This document shows, piece after piece, positions 58,813-64,000 of a DNA stretch of 64,000 nucleotides. Numbering within the stretch: the first letter of the stretch is position 1; each line of letters opens with the position of its first letter. This stretch comes from Candidatus Margulisiibacteriota bacterium (GTDB taxonomy: Bacteria; Margulisbacteria; Marinamargulisbacteria; JBFWNS01). The DNA lies in NCBI GenBank assembly GCA_050250935.1, contig JBFWNS010000001.1, positions 320,001 through 384,000 on the forward strand, given 5' to 3'. The notes below the pieces were generated by a model. That model made no database searches and was not told the origin of the DNA. It was given only the letters and a program-made list of their open reading frames with translations. Position numbers and translations under genes: made by a program.

Positions 58813-60051
58813 ATGGATAAAAAACGAGTCGTCATCACAGGGTTTGGAGCCCTGACCCCTATTGCAAACAACGCCACAGATTTTTGGACAGCACTAAAAG
58901 CCGGAAAATCGGGGATTACCCGCATCGATCGATTCGATACAACCGGTTTTTCGACTCAAATCGCGGGGATGGTCAAAGGCTTTGAACCCGAAAATTTTGT
59001 TGATAAAAAAGAAGCCCGTCGTACCTCTCGGTTTATTTTGTACGGTTTGGCTGCCGCGATGGAAGCCGTTGCCCATTCGGGTTTAGACATTTCTAAAATT
59101 GCCAATCAGGTTGGCGTTGAAGTGGGATCTGGCATCGGCGGCATTGAAGTTTTGGAAGAAACCATCAACACCCTTCGAGAAAAAGGCCCTGCCAGAGTCA
59201 GCCCCTTTACCGTTCCCATGATGATTGTTGACATGGCCGCAGGGATGATCGCCATGAAACTAGGCGCTAAAGGGCCCAACTCTTGTGCGGTAACCGCCTG
59301 CGCCTCTTCCGCCCATTCCATGGCCAATGCCTTCCAGCTGATCGAACGCGGCGAAGCCCTTGCCATGATTACAGGTGGAGCCGAAGCCGCCATCACCCCA
59401 GCCGGGTTGGCCAGCTTTTGTGCCGCCAGATCCTTGTCTGAACGCAATGATGAACCCGAAAAGGCCTCCAGACCCTTCGACAAAGACCGAGACGGATTTG
59501 TCATGGGAGAAGGGGCCGGCATTTTGGTTTTTGAAGAACTCGAACATGCCAAAGCCCGTGGCGCCACGATTTATGCCGAAGTCATCGGATTTGGTAGCAC
59601 CGGCGATGCATATCACATCACAGCTCCGGCCCCAGAAGGGGAAGGTGCAAACCGAGCCATGAGAATGGGCCTCAGAATGGCGAAACTCAAACCCACCGAT
59701 GTGGCATACATTAACGCCCATGGAACCTCGACCCACCTGAACGACCAAAACGAAACCATGGCCATTAAAGACGTGTTTGGCGAGCATGCCCCTAGCTTGA
59801 ACATCAGCTCCATCAAGTCGATGACTGGCCATTTGTTGGGAGCTGCTGGGGCCATCGAAGCCATTTCAACGGCCCTTACCCTCAAAGACGGTATTATTCC
59901 TCCTACCATCAACTGGGAAAATGGCGACGATGTTTGCACCTTGAATTACACCCCTAAAACTGCTGTAAAACGGGATGTGAATTATGCCATTTCCAATTCC
60001 TTTGGGTTTGGCGGCCACAATGCTGTGTTGGTTTTCAAAAAATACCACTAA
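58813..60051 (+). CDS. fabF: Beta-ketoacyl-ACP synthase II
   Basis: VTACAS, SRPFDKDRDGFVMGEGAG, INAHGTST, KSMTGHLLGAAG, SNSFGFGGHN. Confidence 0.98.
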   Translation: MDKKRVVITGFGALTPIANNATDFWTALKAGKSGITRIDRFDTTGFSTQIAGMVKGFEPENFVDKKEARRTSRFILYGLAAAMEAVAHSGLDISKIANQVGVEVGSGIGGIEVLEETINTLREKGPARVSPFTVPMMIVDMAAGMIAMKLGAKGPNSCAVTACASSAHSMANAFQLIERGEALAMITGGAEAAITPAGLASFCAARSLSERNDEPEKASRPFDKDRDGFVMGEGAGILVFEELEHAKARGATIYAEVIGFGSTGDAYHITAPAPEGEGANRAMRMGLRMAKLKPTDVAYINAHGTSTHLNDQNETMAIKDVFGEHAPSLNISSIKSMTGHLLGAAGAIEAISTALTLKDGIIPPTINWENGDDVCTLNYTPKTAVKRDVNYAISNSFGFGGHNAVLVFKKYH

Positions 60052-60140
60052 CGCTTGAGGCTTTTTTTGAAACCTAAGCCGCGCAGCGGGAGGCCGGTTG
60101 GATGGGGTCCAATCGGCCGACCCACACCTGCTGTGCAGGT

Positions 60141-60716
60141 GTGATAACCATTGGCGTAGACGAGGCTGGTCGCGGGGCTTTGGCTGGGCCCGTGGTTGCT
60201 GCAGCCGTTTCTCTTTCGGAAGCAGGTTTGCAATTGCCCCTCATGGATTCCAAGAAGCTTTCCGCAGTAGATCGTGACGCCTTGTTTGAAGCCCTGCATC
60301 GGTCGGGCTCTCGCATTCATGCTGCCTGTTTAAGTGCGCGCTACATCGACAAGACCAATATTCTTAAAGCTACCCTTGTGGCCATGAAACGGGCTGTTGA
60401 TGGACTGCATCTGCGCACGGAACCTTTTTTGGAAATCTTGGTCGATGGCAACAAAGTACCACCCCTTGGCTATGGGCACGTTCAAGCCATTGTCAAAGGC
60501 GATACCTTAATTCCCGCCATTTCAGCAGCCTCGATAATCGCCAAAGTCACCCGAGATCGCATCATGATGGCCTTACATCCTAAGTTTCCTCGCTACCGTT
60601 TTGATCAGCACAAAGGCTATGGCACCGCCGAACACTATGACGCTATATTTGCTTACGGACCTTGCAACTCCCACCGATTGAGCTTTAATTTAACCCGCCA
60701 GGAATCTCTGTTTTGA
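60141..60716 (+). CDS. rnhB: Ribonuclease HII
   Basis: GVDEAGRGALAGPVVAAAV, DSKKL, KGD...ISAASIIAKVTRD, HKGYGT; GTG start chosen (ATG 60102 possible). Confidence 0.95.
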   Translation: MITIGVDEAGRGALAGPVVAAAVSLSEAGLQLPLMDSKKLSAVDRDALFEALHRSGSRIHAACLSARYIDKTNILKATLVAMKRAVDGLHLRTEPFLEILVDGNKVPPLGYGHVQAIVKGDTLIPAISAASIIAKVTRDRIMMALHPKFPRYRFDQHKGYGTAEHYDAIFAYGPCNSHRLSFNLTRQESLF

Positions 60717-61069
60717 GCCGGGAAAAAGGGGCTCTTGGCGAAGCCATTGCCAAAACCTATTTGGAAGGGCAAGGCTATCGAATTTTAGCCCAAAACGCGA
60801 CTTTTAAGGCCGGAGAGTTGGATCTAGTAGCCCAAAGCGACGAAGGCATCTTGGTTTTTGTAGAGGTAAAAGCCTATGGCCCGGGCAGTCTTTTACACCC
60901 CCTTCAGGCTTTAACGGCTAAAAAACGCGGACGCCTGCTCAAAGCGGCTTCGTTGTATTTGCTTCGACTTCGCCTTCAAGATATCCCGCTTCGGTTTGAT
61001 TTGATTTGTATCCAAGCTGGGGCAGTCTCTGAGCATTTTCAAAATGTCTTTGGGAAGGATGTGGTGTAG
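60713..61069 (+). CDS. yraN: YraN (UPF0102) family protein
   Basis: GALGEAIA..YL...GY.IL..N, GELDLVA, LVFVEVK, RFD; typical neighbour of rnhB. Confidence 0.9.
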   Translation: MSREKGALGEAIAKTYLEGQGYRILAQNATFKAGELDLVAQSDEGILVFVEVKAYGPGSLLHPLQALTAKKRGRLLKAASLYLLRLRLQDIPLRFDLICIQAGAVSEHFQNVFGKDVV

Positions 61070-61102
61070 ATTTTCAAAAATACTTTCAGATTTTGACCTT
61101 AA

Positions 61103-61131
61103 TTGACAGAAAAAAAAGCATGTACTATCCT
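61103..61131 (+). promoter_or_regulatory. sigma70-type promoter of trxA
   Basis: TTGACA-17 nt-TATCCT. Confidence 0.6.
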
Positions 61132-61160
61132 GAAAAAATGACTTTTTCGGGAGGATTTTT

Positions 61161-61490
61161 ATGGCAGTTTCTCATGTAAGTGATTCTACGTTTAAAGCAG
61201 AGGTTCTCGATGTTAAGGACACCCCTGTTTTGGTTGATTTTTGGGCGGAATGGTGTGGCCCTTGCCGCATGTTGGCCCCCGTTGTTGAATCCTTGTCCAA
61301 CAAATTTAGCGCTTCTCTGAAGGTTTGCAAATTGGATACGGATAGTAATCCAGAAACCGCGCAAGCGTTTCAAATTACCGGTATTCCTTGCTGTATTTTG
61401 TTCCAAAACGGCAAAGAAGTCACCCGACTGGTTGGGTATCGTTCCGAGTCTGCCTTTGAGGCCGAACTTAAAAACTTTGTGACGCTTTAG
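61161..61490 (+). CDS. trxA: Thioredoxin
   Basis: VLVDFWAEWCGPCRM; SD GGAGG. Confidence 0.97.
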   Translation: MAVSHVSDSTFKAEVLDVKDTPVLVDFWAEWCGPCRMLAPVVESLSNKFSASLKVCKLDTDSNPETAQAFQITGIPCCILFQNGKEVTRLVGYRSESAFEAELKNFVTL

Positions 61491-61556
61491 GCGTTTAAAC
61501 TTACGGAAAATATGCTACACTTTGTAGCCAATTTTTCCGTTAAAAAAGGAGTCCAA

Positions 61557-62669
61557 ATGGACAAGAAGCGCAAGCTATACAAAATTGGGGATTTGACCAA
61601 ACTGTTGGGCATGACCTCTCGAACCATTCGCTATTACCACCAAGTGGGTATTCTGCAACACATTAAACGTAGCGACGGCAAAATGCGGTTGTTTGATGAT
61701 GAAGATATTGCCATCATCAAAAAAGTTCGCAAATTGCAGGTTGAAGAAGGCCTTACTTTAGAAGTCATCAAAGAACGGCTCTTTGGCACGACCAACGACA
61801 AATCCGACACCGTCATCTTAACCGACAGCACGGCTGCCCTGCCCAAGGCCATGCGCGATCAGCTGAACGTTCAGGTGATTCCTATTCATATTCAAATTGG
61901 CGAGGAAGCCTTTTTGGACGGGATTGATATTGAACCCAAAGAATTTTGGGAAAAAAGCCGTAACCTTCAAATTCGGCCCCAAACCTCTCCTCCCACCGAA
62001 AAAGAATTTGTTCAAACCTATTTGGCTCTCAAAGAAAAAGGGTTTAAGCGCATCTATTCGATTCACTTGTCCTCTACCCTCTCCGAAACCTACAAAAATG
62101 CCCTAAACGCCTCTCACAAAGTGGCCCACGAAATCGAGGTTGTGGCCATCGATTCGAAATCCACTGGCGCAGGCTTGGGGTTGTTGGTTCATTTGATTGC
62201 AGACGCTGTCCACAAAGGCCAAAGCAAAGAACAAATCGACTTGCTGATTACCAAACAAATCCCTTTGATTTTCAAGCTTGTCGCGGTGAATACCTTGGAA
62301 TTTTTGGTTACCGGTGGGGTTATTGCTCCACTGTCGCATAACCAAAAAAACCTGCTTAAAAAATTGTTCGAGTTTAAGCCTGTCATTTCACTGCGCAATG
62401 GCACTGGCGACGTGGAAATTTTGGAATGTGCCAAAGACAGAAAAGACGCCACAGCCCACATGGTTGAATTTTTGGCCGAAGAAATCCGAAGCCGCGGCGG
62501 GTATGTTAAAGAAATCTGCGTGATTTATAACTACATGTACGGCGAGGCCTTGGCCTTGGTAAACCAAATCAAGGAACTTTACCCCCTAACCCCCATTTAT
62601 ATTGAAGAAGGTAGTGCGGTTTTGTCCGCCTATGTTGGCCCCGAAACCATCGGGATTGCCATTATCTAG
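61557..62669 (+). CDS. MerR-type HTH fused to DegV/FakB fatty-acid-binding domain
   Basis: YKIGDLTKLLGMTSRTIRYY..GIL...R.F (MerR HTH), then ILTDSTA, PQTSPP, IHLSSTLSETY, IDSKS, KPVI (DegV); SD AAGGAG. Confidence 0.88.
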   Translation: MDKKRKLYKIGDLTKLLGMTSRTIRYYHQVGILQHIKRSDGKMRLFDDEDIAIIKKVRKLQVEEGLTLEVIKERLFGTTNDKSDTVILTDSTAALPKAMRDQLNVQVIPIHIQIGEEAFLDGIDIEPKEFWEKSRNLQIRPQTSPPTEKEFVQTYLALKEKGFKRIYSIHLSSTLSETYKNALNASHKVAHEIEVVAIDSKSTGAGLGLLVHLIADAVHKGQSKEQIDLLITKQIPLIFKLVAVNTLEFLVTGGVIAPLSHNQKNLLKKLFEFKPVISLRNGTGDVEILECAKDRKDATAHMVEFLAEEIRSRGGYVKEICVIYNYMYGEALALVNQIKELYPLTPIYIEEGSAVLSAYVGPETIGIAII

Positions 62670-62677
62670 GAACACCT

Positions 62678-63175
62678 GTGACCAAAATTGAAAGCGCCAT
62701 TTTAGACATCTTGAAAGTCAATGCCCGACTTCCTTTTTCGGAAGTTGCGGCTTTGGCTGGGGTGGACGAAAAAACGGTCAAAGCCACGGTTAAAAAGCTC
62801 GAAAAACATAAAATCATCAGCCGCTATACCACGGTTATTAACGAGGACAATTTGCCTCAGAAAGACACCCTGGTTCGCGCGCTGATCGAGGTTCGTGTTC
62901 GCCCCGAACGCAAAACAGGCTTCGATGCCATCGCCAAACGCATTGCCCGCTACAAAAATGTTCAGGATCACTTTTTGATTTCGGGTACCTACGACTTTTT
63001 GGTGATCGTTGAAGGACAAACCCTTCAAGAGGTGTCCCGGTTTGTGTCGGACAAATTGGCTTCGATTGACAACGTCATTGGCACCTCCACCCATTTTATT
63101 ATGAAAAAATACAAAGAACATGGGTGTCTGATGGAAGATGATGTGGTTCAGGACCGTCTCGCCGTTAGCCCATGA
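62678..63175 (+). CDS. Lrp/AsnC family regulator (YugG-like)
   Basis: ILDILKVNAR, N-terminal HTH, ALIEVRVRP...GFDAIAKRI, ISGTYD, THFIMKKYK. Confidence 0.92.
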   Translation: MTKIESAILDILKVNARLPFSEVAALAGVDEKTVKATVKKLEKHKIISRYTTVINEDNLPQKDTLVRALIEVRVRPERKTGFDAIAKRIARYKNVQDHFLISGTYDFLVIVEGQTLQEVSRFVSDKLASIDNVIGTSTHFIMKKYKEHGCLMEDDVVQDRLAVSP

Positions 63176-64000
63176 GACAGGATTTTTCCAAAACACTCGA
63201 ACAAATTCCCCCCTCTGGCATTCGCCGTTTTTTTGACCTGGTTGTCGGCGCCAAAGATGTGATTTCGCTGGGCGTTGGGGAGCCCGATTTTATCACCCCT
63301 TGGTCGGTGCGCAGTGCCGCCATTGATGCCATTGAACAAGGGCGCACATCCTATACCTCTAACAATGGGCTTTTGGAGTTACGCCAAGCCATTGTGACCT
63401 ATTTACAGGCCCAGTTTCAGGTTCAGTACAACCCCGTTTCGGAAGTGATTGTCACCTTGGGTGTTTCTGAGGCTGTCGACATTGTGCTTCGAACCATTTT
63501 AAATCCCGGCGACGAGGTTTTGCTGCCAGAACCCGCCTATGTCTGCTATGACCCCTTAATTCGCTTGGCTGGTGGCCAAGTGGTGCATTTGGACACGTCT
63601 GCTACGGGATTTATTCCAGACCCAGCGGTTTTGGAAAAACACATCACCCCCAAAACCAAGGCCATTTTGCTGTGCTCGCCCAGTAATCCGACAGGCCGCA
63701 TTATTCCCAAAGAAACCCTAGAAGCCATTGGCCGATTGGCCATTAAACACGATTTTTGGATTATCGCGGACGAGGTCTATGCCGAGCTTCATTACGACCT
63801 GCCCTTTACCTCGGCAGCGGCTATTCCAGGCCTTCGGGAGCATGTCATTTTGTTGAATGGCTTTTCCAAAGGCTTTGCCATGACGGGCTGGCGTTTGGGG
63901 TTTCTGGCAGCTCCCGAACCCATGGTGTCCCGAGCCCTGAAAATTCACCAATACTGTATGCTGTGTGCACCGATTATGTCCCAATATGCGGCCATTGAAG
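63172..64000 (+). CDS. Class I/II PLP aminotransferase (YugH/AlaT-like), 3' truncated; absent from ORF track
   Basis: MRQDFSKTLEQIPPSGIRRFFDLV..DVISLGVGEPDF.TP, SPSNPTG, ADEVYAEL, NGFSKGFAMTGWRLG; ATGA overlap with the Lrp gene. Confidence 0.93.
   Translation, partial: MRQDFSKTLEQIPPSGIRRFFDLVVGAKDVISLGVGEPDFITPWSVRSAAIDAIEQGRTSYTSNNGLLELRQAIVTYLQAQFQVQYNPVSEVIVTLGVSEAVDIVLRTILNPGDEVLLPEPAYVCYDPLIRLAGGQVVHLDTSATGFIPDPAVLEKHITPKTKAILLCSPSNPTGRIIPKETLEAIGRLAIKHDFWIIADEVYAELHYDLPFTSAAAIPGLREHVILLNGFSKGFAMTGWRLGFLAAPEPMVSRALKIHQYCMLCAPIMSQYAAIE

Overview
Gene-dense 64 kb window from a diderm bacterium. The 3-POTRA-type Omp85 with TamB, single lptF/G, SLH protein and cyanobacteria-like housekeeping sequences suggest a non-photosynthetic relative of Cyanobacteria such as Margulisbacteria (inference only). 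Content from left to right: (i) the end of a strongly modified flagellar basal-body operon (flgI'-flgJ-fliA-flgB-flgC-fliE-fliF-fliG); (ii) trxB, purA, an epimerase, a glcD-like gene, tamB-omp85; (iii) a long minus-strand envelope cluster (exbB-exbD-tonB, secreted Ig-like protein, SLH protein, holB, hinT, rpsU, lptF/G, TPR, lptD, lipoprotein, lnt, hldA, hldC), then tRNA-Arg, a barrel/coiled-coil protein and a methyltransferase-TPR; (iv) LOG, lepA, pabB, hisN, bioC-like, tRNA-Val; (v) a stress block (EmrAB-TolC with TetR, otsA-otsB-MarR-MscS, two Cys-rich secreted small proteins, YoaK); (vi) thioesterase, dgt, tsf, rpsB; (vii) rpmF-plsX-fabHDG-acpP-fabF, rnhB, yraN, trxA, a MerR-DegV fusion, Lrp and a partial aminotransferase. 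The best candidate for an undescribed system is the flagellum-derived module. Its FlgJ, FlgB and FlgC homologues all carry Sec-type signal peptides, FliF lacks the beta-collar, FliG lacks its torque-generating C-terminal domain, and no fliH/fliI follows. This points to a non-rotating, possibly Sec-assembled envelope structure. Other highlights are a MerR-DegV putative fatty-acid-sensing regulator and a 59-aa secreted metallothionein-like peptide missed by the ORF track. No integrase, transposase, CRISPR array or rRNA was seen. All family calls come from motif recognition by eye, not database searches.
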